Below are positions 49,191-59,198 of a stretch of DNA of 64,000 bases, piece by piece. How positions within the stretch are numbered: position 1 is the first letter of the stretch; every line of letters begins with the position of its first letter. Source of the stretch: Deferribacterales bacterium. Its GTDB lineage: Bacteria > Chrysiogenota > Deferribacteres > Deferribacterales > Geovibrionaceae. The translations under genes were made by a program, and so were the position numbers. The notes under the pieces are model-generated. The model had not been told where the DNA came from. It made no database searches and was given only the letters and a program-made list of their open reading frames with translations. Location of the stretch: assembly GCA_050253075.1 (NCBI GenBank), contig JBFWJS010000006.1, positions 32,001 through 96,000 of the forward strand, given 5' to 3'.

Positions 49191-49994
49191 TTAGGAAAGA
49201 CCGAGTTCCCCGGCTATGGACTCCACAGAGAATTCAGGGTATATCCCCGTCCAAATCTCAAACGCCTTAGCCGCCTGATAAACCAGCATAGGAAAGCCGT
49301 CTAGCTTCCCGCAGTTGTTCATAGCAGTTAGGAAAGGCGTGAGCCCTTTTTTATACTGAAGATCAACGGCAGCTCCCCTGCATGAGACCCTGCCCATATC
49401 GGGGAAAAGCCCGTCCTCCAGTCCTATCGACGTGCCGTTGATGACATAGTCGAATTCACTGTCACCCTTTATAAAATTATAATCCTGCAAATCTGCGTTG
49501 TCAAAGCTCATACTTTTCAGCACGGCTTCAGCCTTATCCAGACTGCGGTTTACAACAGTCAGCTTAACGCCGTATTTCTTTAATACATAAAGCACGGCCA
49601 TTGATGCACCGCCGCATCCGAGCAGGAGTACGTCTTTACCTTTCAGATCGTATCCAGCATCCAGCACCATACGCTCAAAGCCCTCTGCGTCTGTGTTAAA
49701 CCCTTCGATGGTCTCGCCGAATCTGACAGTGTTCACGGCTCCGATAGCCTCGGCAACTGGGTCTATGCGGTCGAGCAGTTCTAGTACGTTCTGTTTATGC
49801 GGTACTGTCACATTTATCCCTTTAAAGGAATACCTGCGCAGGGTTTTGAATGTTTCTTTCAGTTCCTCGCCGTCGCCGGTCTCAAAACAGCAGAAACCGC
49901 CGTTCAGACCCGTATTTTTGAGAAATCTGGTCTGTATAAAAGGCGAAAATGTGTGTTTGAGGGGCTGTCCTATCAGGCCGAGGTTTGTAAACAT
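49191..49994 (-). CDS. aroE: Shikimate dehydrogenase
   Basis: HTFSP, NVTVPHK, GAVNT, NTD, G.GGA, ML.YQA. Confidence 0.92.
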   Translation of the reverse strand: MFTNLGLIGQPLKHTFSPFIQTRFLKNTGLNGGFCCFETGDGEELKETFKTLRRYSFKGINVTVPHKQNVLELLDRIDPVAEAIGAVNTVRFGETIEGFNTDAEGFERMVLDAGYDLKGKDVLLLGCGGASMAVLYVLKKYGVKLTVVNRSLDKAEAVLKSMSFDNADLQDYNFIKGDSEFDYVINGTSIGLEDGLFPDMGRVSCRGAAVDLQYKKGLTPFLTAMNNCGKLDGFPMLVYQAAKAFEIWTGIYPEFSVESIAGELGLS

Positions 49995-50660
49995 CTATTT
50001 ATCCTTCTTTTTTCCGTTCAGCTTTGGCTGGTTGGTTTTATCAAACGGCTCCACAAGCCCTGCTGAGATGATGAACTTTATACCGTCTTCGATAGCTATG
50101 CCCGGGTCTATGACGTCCTTTTTAGGCACTATGAGGATGAAGCCCGATGTAGGGTTCGGAGTGGTTGGGATGAATATATTAACGCAAACCTCTCCTGTCG
50201 CCTTGTTAACGAATTCAGACGAATCCTTTGTCACAAAGCCGAAGCTGTAAAGACCGGCTCTGGGGTATTCTATCATCACCACCTTTTTAAAGCTCGATCC
50301 GCTGGTGGTCTGGAATGCGTCGACGATCTGCCTTATCGAGGAGTATACGCTGCGCACGATAGGGATGTTCTCCGCAATGGATTCTATCAGTCTGAGGAAT
50401 TGTCTGCCGATGAAGTTTCTGGCGAACAGACCTATGAATATCAGTGCCAGCACTATGATAGAGAATGATATTATATTCTGTACATAAAGCGGGATCACTA
50501 TATGGAATTTAAGCATAACCATCTCAAGATACGGCTGAACGAATCCTGAGAACTTTTTGAATATGAAAGTCACGAACCAATAGGTGACAGCAAGTGGAAG
50601 TGTCGCGAGAACACCCGCTATCATAGCCCTCTGTAGAAAAATTCTGAACCTAGCGAGCAT
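49995..50660 (-). CDS. DUF502 membrane protein
   Basis: IP.VRSVY, VVMIEYPR, FIPTTPNPTSGF. Confidence 0.88.
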   Translation of the reverse strand: MLARFRIFLQRAMIAGVLATLPLAVTYWFVTFIFKKFSGFVQPYLEMVMLKFHIVIPLYVQNIISFSIIVLALIFIGLFARNFIGRQFLRLIESIAENIPIVRSVYSSIRQIVDAFQTTSGSSFKKVVMIEYPRAGLYSFGFVTKDSSEFVNKATGEVCVNIFIPTTPNPTSGFILIVPKKDVIDPGIAIEDGIKFIISAGLVEPFDKTNQPKLNGKKKDK

Positions 50661-50677
50661 GTAAGCCCTCCGATGTT

Positions 50678-51589
50678 TTAGCTATGTTTGAATAATTGAC
50701 GCTCAAGGAGCCTGTCGTATCCGCTCCAGCCCTTCTCCAGCCCTTCTTTCTCGAATATGGAGCTGAAAGTATTCAGCTTCGCATCCATATCGTCCAGATG
50801 GTGCAGGATAAACGCTTCGGGCGTCTTAGGTTTTTTAGGAGATCCATACTCCAGAAATCCGTGGTGGCTGAGTATCAGGTGTGTGAGCAGGTTTTTGGTC
50901 TCTTCCGGGAAGCCCTCTATGCCTGATATATACCTGTTCATTATCTCCACGCCGAGTATAAGGTGTCCGAGCAGTTTACCGCTGTCTGTGTATTCCAGCC
51001 CTGCTCCAGCCTTCATTTCTTTTGTCTTGCCCATGTCGTGGAAAAGCACTCCGAGCACAAGGTGCTCTTTGTTCACCATATCTGCGTAATGGTCTGCTAT
51101 CATCACGGCCATCTTCATTATGCTGAGCGTATGCTCCAGCAGTCCCGAGAGATATGCGTGATGCACAGATTTAGCCGCAGGGAGCTTTTTAAACAGCTCC
51201 ACGCACTCTTCGTCACTGAGGAATGCGTCCACCAGTTTAACAAGGTGTTCGTCGTGGATATTATCTATAAGGAGTGCGGAGAATTCTTCGAACATAACAT
51301 CCGCATCCAGTCCTTTCTTTTTAGGTAAAAACTCTGAAGGGTCAGCCTCGGGCAGCAGCTTCATGCCGTTTATCTTAAGCTGTTCCTGTCCTGCATATGT
51401 CTGGATAATGCCTATAGCCTCGACTATCTGTCCGTTTTCAGGCTCAAAGTCGAGCTTGTCGCTTTCAAACATGATGCCGTTTCGGCGGTTGCCCTCTCTG
51501 TCGCACATGATGGTACGCAGATAGTCCTTTCCGTCTTTTGTCTTACTCTTTATCATGTCTGTCAGCATGTATTTAACAGGTATTTCCAA
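50678..51589 (-). CDS. yhaM: 3'-5' exoribonuclease YhaM family (OB + HD)
   Basis: OB fold, PAAKSVHHAY.SGLLEH, HDMGK, SHHG.LEYGSP. Confidence 0.88.
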   Translation of the reverse strand: MEIPVKYMLTDMIKSKTKDGKDYLRTIMCDREGNRRNGIMFESDKLDFEPENGQIVEAIGIIQTYAGQEQLKINGMKLLPEADPSEFLPKKKGLDADVMFEEFSALLIDNIHDEHLVKLVDAFLSDEECVELFKKLPAAKSVHHAYLSGLLEHTLSIMKMAVMIADHYADMVNKEHLVLGVLFHDMGKTKEMKAGAGLEYTDSGKLLGHLILGVEIMNRYISGIEGFPEETKNLLTHLILSHHGFLEYGSPKKPKTPEAFILHHLDDMDAKLNTFSSIFEKEGLEKGWSGYDRLLERQLFKHS

Positions 51590-51590
51590 C

Positions 51591-52967
51591 TTATCTTCCC
51601 CCTACTGTTATCTGCGGAATACGCAGTGTCGGCTGTGCGTCTGATACGGGAACTCCCTGTCCCTCTTTACCGCATGTGCCTATGCCGAATCCGATGTCGG
51701 TTCCGACCATATCTATTTCCTGCATCACCTTCGGTCCGTTGCCTATCAGTGTGGCATTTTTGACCGGATCACACAGTTTACCTTTCTCTATTGTGTATCC
51801 CTCTGTTACTTCGAATACGAAGTCGCCGGTGACGGTGTTCACCTGTCCGCCGCCCATGCGGGATACATACAGCCCTTTATCCACAGACTTTATGATGTCC
51901 TCAGGCTTGTCGCTGCCGGGCATTATCATAGTGTTTGTCATGCGGACTATCGGTCTGTGGCGATAGCTTTCACGCCTGCCGTTCCCTGTGAGGTTTATCC
52001 CCTCTTTATAGCTGTACAGGCGGTCTGTCATATAGTTTTTCAGCACGCCTTTCTCTATCAGCATATTTGCGCCTGCCTTCACCCCTTCGTCGTCATAGAG
52101 GTAAGTGCCGCGCATATGTTCCAGTGTACCATTATCTGATACGTTTATGATATCTGAGGCAACCTTCTGCCCCAGCTTATCAGCGTATACGCTCATGCCG
52201 TTGCATGCGAGGTCGGCCTCGAGCCCGTGCCCCACAGCCTCGTGCACCATTGTGCCCCCTGCCGATGAGCCTATCACCACAGCCATCATCCCCGCAGGTG
52301 CATGCTTTGCGCTGAGGTTTTTCAGTGCCAGTCTGGCGGATTCCTCTGAAACAGACATGAAGTCGAGCCCTGCGAGCTCCTCCTTGCCGTATACACCGCC
52401 GAGAGGGATATAGCCCTGCTGCATGTCTTTTCCGTCGGATGCCACTGCTGCGGTGTATCCTGTGACGTATGAGAGGCTCTGTGATATATCTGCCCCTTCA
52501 GAGTTCAGGATGCGTGTCTCACGCAGATTTTCCGCATACACGCTGGTGGACTGCACTATCTTTTCATCGACCCTTGCGGCCTTGTCCATAGCCGTCACCA
52601 GCTTTATCTTTTCAGTCACGTCGGTCTTCGGAGCTGTCTTATACAGCTTCACGCTTTCCTTCGTGCTTATCGATATATCTTTGTCATGTCCCGCTTTCAA
52701 AGCAGATGTAAGCTCCGCAGCGGTCTCTTTTATACTTTTTTCGGTGAAGTTGTTAGTATAGGCGAAGAATGTCTTCTCGCCGTCTATTATGCGCATGGAG
52801 ATACCGCCGTCGATGGAGTTCTCCACCATGTCGAGCGATCTGTTTTCGAAGACGGTAGCCTGCTTCACAGAGGATTCTATGAATATCTCGGCATACCTGC
52901 CGTACCCGGAGAGAGACTTAAGCGTGTCATAAAGGAGCCCGTCAGGCACCTTACCATTCGTCGACAT
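51591..52967 (-). CDS. tldD: TldD metalloprotease
   Basis: HEAVGHGLE, GNGRRESY, RMTNT, CGKEGQ.VPV. Confidence 0.92.
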   Translation of the reverse strand: MSTNGKVPDGLLYDTLKSLSGYGRYAEIFIESSVKQATVFENRSLDMVENSIDGGISMRIIDGEKTFFAYTNNFTEKSIKETAAELTSALKAGHDKDISISTKESVKLYKTAPKTDVTEKIKLVTAMDKAARVDEKIVQSTSVYAENLRETRILNSEGADISQSLSYVTGYTAAVASDGKDMQQGYIPLGGVYGKEELAGLDFMSVSEESARLALKNLSAKHAPAGMMAVVIGSSAGGTMVHEAVGHGLEADLACNGMSVYADKLGQKVASDIINVSDNGTLEHMRGTYLYDDEGVKAGANMLIEKGVLKNYMTDRLYSYKEGINLTGNGRRESYRHRPIVRMTNTMIMPGSDKPEDIIKSVDKGLYVSRMGGGQVNTVTGDFVFEVTEGYTIEKGKLCDPVKNATLIGNGPKVMQEIDMVGTDIGFGIGTCGKEGQGVPVSDAQPTLRIPQITVGGR

Positions 52968-53199
52968 TTTCGCTCTCCTGAGTTTCTATGTTTTCTATGT
53001 ACATTCCGTCCTTTTTCAGCTCGTCGAGGACTCTCAGCACCTTTTCATACATGTCGTTGGTGGAGTATATGACAACGGCACCTGTGGATGCGTCCACTGT
53101 GCGCACTATGCCTATACCTTCGTAAGAGTCCATTATGCTGTTCAGGCGGATGACATCCTTTTTAAGGATGTTGCACTTGATCTTAACCGTGTGAGGCAT
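52951..53199 (-). CDS. Small conserved protein (DUF4911-like)
   Basis: LNSIMDSYEGIGIVRTVD pattern; start placed at MPHTV. Confidence 0.6.
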   Translation of the reverse strand: MPHTVKIKCNILKKDVIRLNSIMDSYEGIGIVRTVDASTGAVVIYSTNDMYEKVLRVLDELKKDGMYIENIETQESENVDEW

Positions 53200-53602
53200 C
53201 GTCAAACTCCATGAGGTGCGCCCTGCAGAAATTAAGGACACTGACGACACTCTCCATCTGAAAACGCTTGGAGTTTTCCAGATAGACAACTTCGAGATTC
53301 ATCTTTCTGATTTTTTCTATAAAGTTGGGTATGTCCTCAAGCAGATATTTGAAATCAAAGAGGAAAAACCCGCTTTCGAAAAGAAGCCCCTTCTTACGGA
53401 TGAATATGCCCTCTTTCTTGGCAAATTTGAGATCATCCGCAGCGAGCTTATCTATCTCGGCAGAGAGAGCGCCATAGCTGAAAAGGTCTATCTTTGCACT
53501 CATGCCTCTGCACTTCATGTTGTCCAGATCGTAATCTATAAAGACGGGGAATCTGTCCAGAGATGTAAAGTTGATCTTAAAGATGCCGTTCTCAGGATTC
53601 AA
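53183..53602 (-). CDS. Hypothetical protein
   Basis: Fills the operon gap between nusB and the DUF4911-like gene with overlaps on both sides; TTG start after GGAGGG. Confidence 0.6.
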   Translation of the reverse strand: MNPENGIFKINFTSLDRFPVFIDYDLDNMKCRGMSAKIDLFSYGALSAEIDKLAADDLKFAKKEGIFIRKKGLLFESGFFLFDFKYLLEDIPNFIEKIRKMNLEVVYLENSKRFQMESVVSVLNFCRAHLMEFDDASHG

Positions 53603-54035
53603 CAGACCCCTCCGACAGATTGTAATTCTTTCTGATGTTTTCGAGTATACCGTTCACGAGCGATGCGGACTTTTCGTCGCTGTATTTACGTGCAAGTGTC
53701 ACAAAGTCGTTTATAACGGCATAGTACGGTGCTTCCTGACGAAAAAGTTCGTGCACCGCTACTCTCAGAATATCCTTCTCGACCTCGCCCATACGGTCGT
53801 ATGTCCAGTCAGAGCGGATGTATTTAATGATGATCTCGTCATTTGCATCCACAGACTCTGCTGCGCCTTTGAACAGCTTGTTAGCAAACTCTATAACGCT
53901 CTGGTCATCCTCTTTAACGGAAGACCAGAAGTTCTTTGCTATCTCGGCAGGAGTATAGTCTGCCATGAAATACTGATACATCATCATATATGCGAATTTG
54001 CGCGCCTTAGTGCGCCCTTTAAAGTTCTTTTTCAT
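53592..54035 (-). CDS. nusB: Transcription antitermination factor NusB
   Basis: RTKAR, ILRVAVHEL, INDFV.LARKY, VNGIL; follows ribH. Confidence 0.92.
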   Translation of the reverse strand: MKKNFKGRTKARKFAYMMMYQYFMADYTPAEIAKNFWSSVKEDDQSVIEFANKLFKGAAESVDANDEIIIKYIRSDWTYDRMGEVEKDILRVAVHELFRQEAPYYAVINDFVTLARKYSDEKSASLVNGILENIRKNYNLSEGSVES

Positions 54036-54503
54036 CTAGACCATCTTCATAACGTTGACCATCTCCAGAGCGGACATAGCTACTTCTGCGCCTTTGTTGC
54101 CGTGCTTTGTACCGGCTCTTTCTATCGCCTGCTCGATGGTGTCTGTTGTCAGTACGCCGAAGATAACAGGTACGCCTGTATCCAGAGCAACCTTAGCAAC
54201 ACCCTTAGCCACTTCGGATGAAACATACTCGAAGTGAGGCGTGGAACCTCTGATAACAGCGCCGAGTGTGATGACAGCATCGTACTTGCCTGTGTCTGCG
54301 ATCTTTTTGCAGAGGAGAGGTATCTCGAAAGCTCCGGGAACTTTATAGACCTCTATATCTGATTCAGCAGCCTCGTGACGCACGAGTGCATCCACGGCAC
54401 CGCCGATAAGGCTCTTAGTTATAAAATCATTGAAACGTCCTGCGACAATGGCGAATTTAAGCCCTTTACCGCTATAAATACCCTGATGAGTTACTACGTT
54501 CAT
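54036..54503 (-). CDS. ribH: 6,7-dimethyl-8-ribityllumazine synthase
   Basis: [29 protein letters not shown]; the second ATG fits RBS AGGAGG. Confidence 0.95.
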   Translation of the reverse strand: MNVVTHQGIYSGKGLKFAIVAGRFNDFITKSLIGGAVDALVRHEAAESDIEVYKVPGAFEIPLLCKKIADTGKYDAVITLGAVIRGSTPHFEYVSSEVAKGVAKVALDTGVPVIFGVLTTDTIEQAIERAGTKHGNKGAEVAMSALEMVNVMKMV

Positions 54504-54514
54504 ACCCATCCTCC

Positions 54515-55735
54515 TTAATCTATGTCGAGATGGTGTCCCATCTTCTCTTTTTTAGTTTTCAGATATGTTTCGTTATACGTGTTTACACCGCAAGTGATGC
54601 CAACACGCTCTACCACCTGCAGACCAAAGCCCGAAAGTGAGCGCATCTTCTTAGGGTTGTTGGTCATAAGCCTGATGTCCTTTATCCCTACGTGACGCAT
54701 AATCTGTGCACCGAAACCGTAGTCCCTGAGGTCTTCCTCAAAGCCCAGCTCGATATTTGCCTGTATGGTATCCATCCCTTCATCCTGAAGGTGATAGGCG
54801 TTTATCTTGTTAAGTATACCAATTCCTCGGCCTTCTTGGAACATATATAGTATCACGCCCCTTCCTTCCTGCTCGATGAGCTCCATAGCACGGTGCAGCT
54901 GAGGGCCGCAGTCGCATCTGGCAGAGCCGAAAACGTCCCCTGTGAGGCACTGTGAGTGAACTCTGAGGAGAACAGGTTCAGGAGTGGTGATATCACCCTT
55001 CCAGAGCACGACAGCCTCCTGGCCGTCCACTTTGCTCTTAAAGCCTGTCATGTTGAAGTTACCGAAGAGTGTCGGCATCTTTGCCACCATTGTCTCTTCG
55101 ATGAGCTGTTCGTGATCCATACGGTATGTGATGAGGTCGGCGATGGTGAGTATCTTGAGGTCGTGTTCCTCGGCGAATACTTCGAGCTCAGGCATACGTG
55201 CCATAGAGCCGTCGTCGTTCATTATCTCGCATATCACTGCGCCGTGGTTGTTAAGCCCTGCGAGTCTCGCAAGGTCGACGGAGCCTTCTGTCTGTCCTGT
55301 ACGGACAAGTACGCCCCCTTCACGGGCACGCAGCGGGAATATGTGTCCCGGTCTGGCGAGGTCTTCTGCGCCTTTTGTAGGGTCGTTCGCCACACGCACG
55401 GTCTGAGCCCTGTCGTGTGCGGATATACCTGTCGTAACGCCCTCTTTCGCCTCGATAGACACTGTGAATGCAGTGCCGAATCTGGCGGAGTTGCTGTCTT
55501 CCCTGACCATGAGGTCGAGCCCCAGCTTGTCGCATCTTTCAGACGGCATGGCGAGGCATATAAGCCCTCTGCCGTATTTCGCCATGAAATTTATCTTTTC
55601 CGGTGTGACAAAATCAGCGGCGAAAACAAGGTCGCCCTCGTTCTCTCTGTCTTCGTCGTCGGTAAGTATTACCATTTTGCCGTTGCGGATGTCTTCTAAC
55701 GCTTCCTCAACGGAGCAAAGTCTGCTCTTTGACAT
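54515..55735 (-). CDS. ribBA: Bifunctional DHBP synthase / GTP cyclohydrolase II
   Basis: [39 protein letters not shown]. Confidence 0.96.
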   Translation of the reverse strand: MSKSRLCSVEEALEDIRNGKMVILTDDEDRENEGDLVFAADFVTPEKINFMAKYGRGLICLAMPSERCDKLGLDLMVREDSNSARFGTAFTVSIEAKEGVTTGISAHDRAQTVRVANDPTKGAEDLARPGHIFPLRAREGGVLVRTGQTEGSVDLARLAGLNNHGAVICEIMNDDGSMARMPELEVFAEEHDLKILTIADLITYRMDHEQLIEETMVAKMPTLFGNFNMTGFKSKVDGQEAVVLWKGDITTPEPVLLRVHSQCLTGDVFGSARCDCGPQLHRAMELIEQEGRGVILYMFQEGRGIGILNKINAYHLQDEGMDTIQANIELGFEEDLRDYGFGAQIMRHVGIKDIRLMTNNPKKMRSLSGFGLQVVERVGITCGVNTYNETYLKTKKEKMGHHLDID

Positions 55736-56382
55736 TAATAGTCCTCCTGTCCCAGCAAACCGTTCAGATTGTTCATCAATGTATCTGTCTTTTCTGAACT
55801 TTTCAATAATTTCTCGAGATATCTGGATATCATATCGACCTCCAGATTCACTTTTGCTCCCTGACGTTTACCTTTCAGGGAAGTTCCTTCATATGTATGC
55901 GGTATCACCGCCACTTCAAAAGAGCCCCTTTCGCATTTCGCAGTGGTCAGGCTTATGCCGTCCACGCATATAGAGCCTTTGGCAGCGATATACTTATCTA
56001 TCTCTTCGGGATAGCGCACGGTCAGCACGTATGCCGACTGATTCTGCGTGAGCTTTTCGATAACTCCCACAGCGTCCACGTGCCCGCTGACGAGGTGTCC
56101 GCCCAGTCTGGTGGATAGCGTCAGCGCACGTTCAAGGTTCACGGCAGAGCCGTTTGCAGCATCAGCGAACGTACTTTTTTTAATAGTCTCGTAGGAAATG
56201 TCAGCGGTAAAGATGCCCGAGCTCATGGACGTAACGGTAAGGCATACGCCGTTCACGGCTATACTGTCGCCTATCTGCGAGCCCTCTAGCACTTTCGAAC
56301 ATTTTATCTTAAGAACGGCAAAATCACCCTTTCTGTCGATGGATGCTATATGACCGGTCTCTTCGACAATCCCTGTAAACAT
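55735..56382 (-). CDS. ribE: Riboflavin synthase (alpha chain)
   Basis: MFTGIVE, GDSIAVNGVCLT, GGHLVSGHVD. Confidence 0.95.
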   Translation of the reverse strand: MFTGIVEETGHIASIDRKGDFAVLKIKCSKVLEGSQIGDSIAVNGVCLTVTSMSSGIFTADISYETIKKSTFADAANGSAVNLERALTLSTRLGGHLVSGHVDAVGVIEKLTQNQSAYVLTVRYPEEIDKYIAAKGSICVDGISLTTAKCERGSFEVAVIPHTYEGTSLKGKRQGAKVNLEVDMISRYLEKLLKSSEKTDTLMNNLNGLLGQEDY

Positions 56383-56384
56383 CT

Positions 56385-57545
56385 CTATTTATCCCTTCCG
56401 CAGCCGCATGCACAGCATCCTCTGACATATTCTGTAAGGTCAAGGATAGGCTTTTTATAATCGTGCAGTTTACCGCTGATCATAAGGTCGCCTTCGAACT
56501 GTTTCGACTGTATCTCTTTCAGTTTATAAGCCTCTGCGATGGTAGCCGCACCCTCTCCTGCGATGGATGATGCGCCTCCGCCGAGCACTCTCATAGCGAT
56601 GATGAATGTGGCTCTGTCTATCAGGCCTGCATCGAGGAACTTGCCCGCTGTGCGTCCGCCCCCTTCTATCATCACGTTCATAATGTCTCTTTTGACCAGC
56701 TCGTCCGAGAGCTTATCGAGGTCTAGCCCGCCTTCACCGCCGAGGATGATCACATCCACGCCCTTTTCAGCGAGAATCTTTGATGTCTCAGTCTCCGCAC
56801 ATGTCACGTATATCAGCTTGTCTGCGCTGTTTGTGACGAGCTTTCTGTCGATAGGCATGCGTCCTTTCGGGTCTAGCACTATCTTGTATGGGTCACGGTC
56901 AGATTTCAGCATTCTTACATTCAGCTCGGGGTCGTCGGCTATGACGGTGTTTACACCCACAAGCACAGCGTCGGATACGGCACGCATATAGTGTCCGTAT
57001 GTACGTGATGCTTCGGATGTTATCCATTTGGAGTCCCCTGTTTTGGAAGCTATGCGTCCGTCGAGGGTCTGAGCTGTTTTAAGGGAATAGTAAGGCTTTT
57101 TCTCTGTGATATATTTTGCAAAGTCCTCTATGAGCGAAGCACAGAGGTCTTCCATATATCCTACATAAACCTCTACACCGTGGTGTTTGAGGTAGTCCAC
57201 GCCTTTGCCTGCCACCTGCGGGTTCGGGTCTACGCATCCGATGAAGACACGCTTTATGCCGGAGGCGACTATCTTCTCCACGCATGGCGGAGTTTTGCCG
57301 TGATGAGAGCAAGGCTCAAGTGTCACGTAAAGATCGAGTCCTTTTGTATCCACAGGGCATGAGTCTATGGCGTTCACCTCTGCGTGAGGCCCGCCGTATG
57401 CCATGTGCCACCCACGTGAAAGTATCTCGCTCTGATTAGCGACGATAGCCCCCACCACAGGGTTTGTTTTAGTATATCCTTTACCCATGAGTGCCAGTTG
57501 AGCGCACTCCTGCATAACGTCTAATGGATTAAGAAGCTTTTCCAA
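56385..57545 (-). CDS. ribD: Bifunctional riboflavin deaminase/reductase
   Basis: HAE, TLEPCSHHGKTPPC, SKWIT, IEGG. Confidence 0.95.
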   Translation of the reverse strand: MEKLLNPLDVMQECAQLALMGKGYTKTNPVVGAIVANQSEILSRGWHMAYGGPHAEVNAIDSCPVDTKGLDLYVTLEPCSHHGKTPPCVEKIVASGIKRVFIGCVDPNPQVAGKGVDYLKHHGVEVYVGYMEDLCASLIEDFAKYITEKKPYYSLKTAQTLDGRIASKTGDSKWITSEASRTYGHYMRAVSDAVLVGVNTVIADDPELNVRMLKSDRDPYKIVLDPKGRMPIDRKLVTNSADKLIYVTCAETETSKILAEKGVDVIILGGEGGLDLDKLSDELVKRDIMNVMIEGGGRTAGKFLDAGLIDRATFIIAMRVLGGGASSIAGEGAATIAEAYKLKEIQSKQFEGDLMISGKLHDYKKPILDLTEYVRGCCACGCGRDK

Positions 57546-58119
57546 CTTTCCTCTCCGTTCCGTTTAATATCCTGCTGATGTTACTCCTGTGCAATATAAT
57601 TATCAGGAGTGCTATCACAATAGTAAAATACTTCAGATGCTCCCACTCGGAGATAAACCATGCCGAAACGGCTATGGTGACCGCCGCACATATTGAGCTG
57701 AGGGATATCATTCTGAAGGAATATATCATAACAGCAAAAACCACGGCTGCAATGCCTGTGGAGATAGGCGCAAGCGCTATGAAAACACCGAGCCCCGTTG
57801 CGACACCCTTCCCCCCTTTGAATCCGAGGAAGATAGTGAATGTATGCCCCAGCACCACGGATATAGCACCGAGCAGTACAAGGTCGCTCTCTCCGTACAT
57901 GATCTTCAGCACGAGGACAGGTATCAGCCCTTTAAGCGCATCGATGAGCAGAACAGTGATGAATCCCCATTTCCCCAGAACACGTGAAGCATTGCTCGCC
58001 CCGACATTACCGCTGCCGACAGTGCGTATGTCCACACCCTTCAGCTTTTTCACCAGTATGTATGCCGTCGGCAGAGAACCGATAAGGTAGCATATTAAGA
58101 TTATTAAAGCTATTGTCAT
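57529..58119 (-). CDS. plsY: Glycerol-3-phosphate acyltransferase
   Basis: GSGNVGASN, DALKG, GH, FKGGKGVAT, HRSNI.R. Confidence 0.95.
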   Translation of the reverse strand: MTIALIILICYLIGSLPTAYILVKKLKGVDIRTVGSGNVGASNASRVLGKWGFITVLLIDALKGLIPVLVLKIMYGESDLVLLGAISVVLGHTFTIFLGFKGGKGVATGLGVFIALAPISTGIAAVVFAVMIYSFRMISLSSICAAVTIAVSAWFISEWEHLKYFTIVIALLIIILHRSNISRILNGTERKVGKAS

Positions 58120-59198
58120 CTGTTCACCATAAGTTTGTGCAGCCATGAGCGTTCCAGCCCGACAGCGTCAGACTCGCAGACCTCATGACAGCAGAAACAT
58201 TCTATACATTTCTTCTTATCTACGAAAGGAAAATCCTCGACCATACTTATAGCATCCACAGGGCAGCTCTTAACGCAGAGCATGCACTTAATGCATTTAT
58301 CATTCAGCACCACAGGCTTTACGTAAACCTGCTTTGCCACCAGTCTTTTTATCGAAGGGGGCAGGTACATTTTCTTTGTCATAGGCTTCTTTATCAGAGG
58401 CACATTTGTCTCGGGCACGTCCACCTGCTCAGGGTCGTATCCCGCCTTTATAGCGGCTTTCGTCGTGAGGCAGAAGTCGTCCCTGATGCCGACCATACGT
58501 GTGACGGCTATGTCGAGCCCAACGGCATCGGACGATGCCCCCGCTATGCCGAGAGATATCGGTGTACCTTTCGAGGGGCCGTCCCCCTCCATAGCGATAA
58601 TGCCGTCTATTATGTTAAGGGTTTTACCGTTTAATATGCTGAAGAATTTATGTATCTGGGCGGCAAGGATGTCATCCTGAGGGAAGTCCCTGTGGTAGCC
58701 CACCTTTAATGTCCCCGGGATAAGCCCGAAGAGGTTTTTGACAGAGAGTGTCAGCCCTGTGAGGGAGTGTGTTTTCAGCTTTGGCAGGTTGATGATAAGG
58801 TCTACCTTATCCGCAAGGGATGAATAGACCACGCCGTCCCTGTTTACAGGCTCAAAGCTCTCTACTTTGACTATCTTTACGCCTGTTTCCTCGGCGACCT
58901 GCGCCATACCCGTAACCTCGAGGACACGCTCGTATTTCCCGAAGTTTGCCCCCGGGCTGTCGCCCAGCCAGAGCTCCGCTTCGGTATATTTCTGAAGTTT
59001 TTCGATTACTGTTTTGACAAAATACGGATTGGTAGTGACAGCCTTTTCAGGCTCTGCCGCAGATAGAAGGTTAGGTTTTATCAGGATGAGCTTTGCTTCC
59101 TTCAGCCTTGCCTTCTCGCTCTTGAAATAGTTTTCAATCATCTTACCGAGGGCTTCGTCCCCGTAGCCTTCGCAGTGTGCTTTAAATATGCTGTTCAT
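58116..59198 (-). CDS. DUF362 protein with C-terminal 2x[4Fe-4S]
   Basis: IKPNL, PKLKTH, KNLFG, MEGDGP; CxxCxxCxxxCP and CxxCxCCxxxC. Confidence 0.88.
   Translation of the reverse strand: MNSIFKAHCEGYGDEALGKMIENYFKSEKARLKEAKLILIKPNLLSAAEPEKAVTTNPYFVKTVIEKLQKYTEAELWLGDSPGANFGKYERVLEVTGMAQVAEETGVKIVKVESFEPVNRDGVVYSSLADKVDLIINLPKLKTHSLTGLTLSVKNLFGLIPGTLKVGYHRDFPQDDILAAQIHKFFSILNGKTLNIIDGIIAMEGDGPSKGTPISLGIAGASSDAVGLDIAVTRMVGIRDDFCLTTKAAIKAGYDPEQVDVPETNVPLIKKPMTKKMYLPPSIKRLVAKQVYVKPVVLNDKCIKCMLCVKSCPVDAISMVEDFPFVDKKKCIECFCCHEVCESDAVGLERSWLHKLMVNR

Noticed and set aside
57529..57600. FMN riboswitch upstream of ribD
   Set aside because: ribD overlaps plsY; there is no intergenic space and no RFN consensus.
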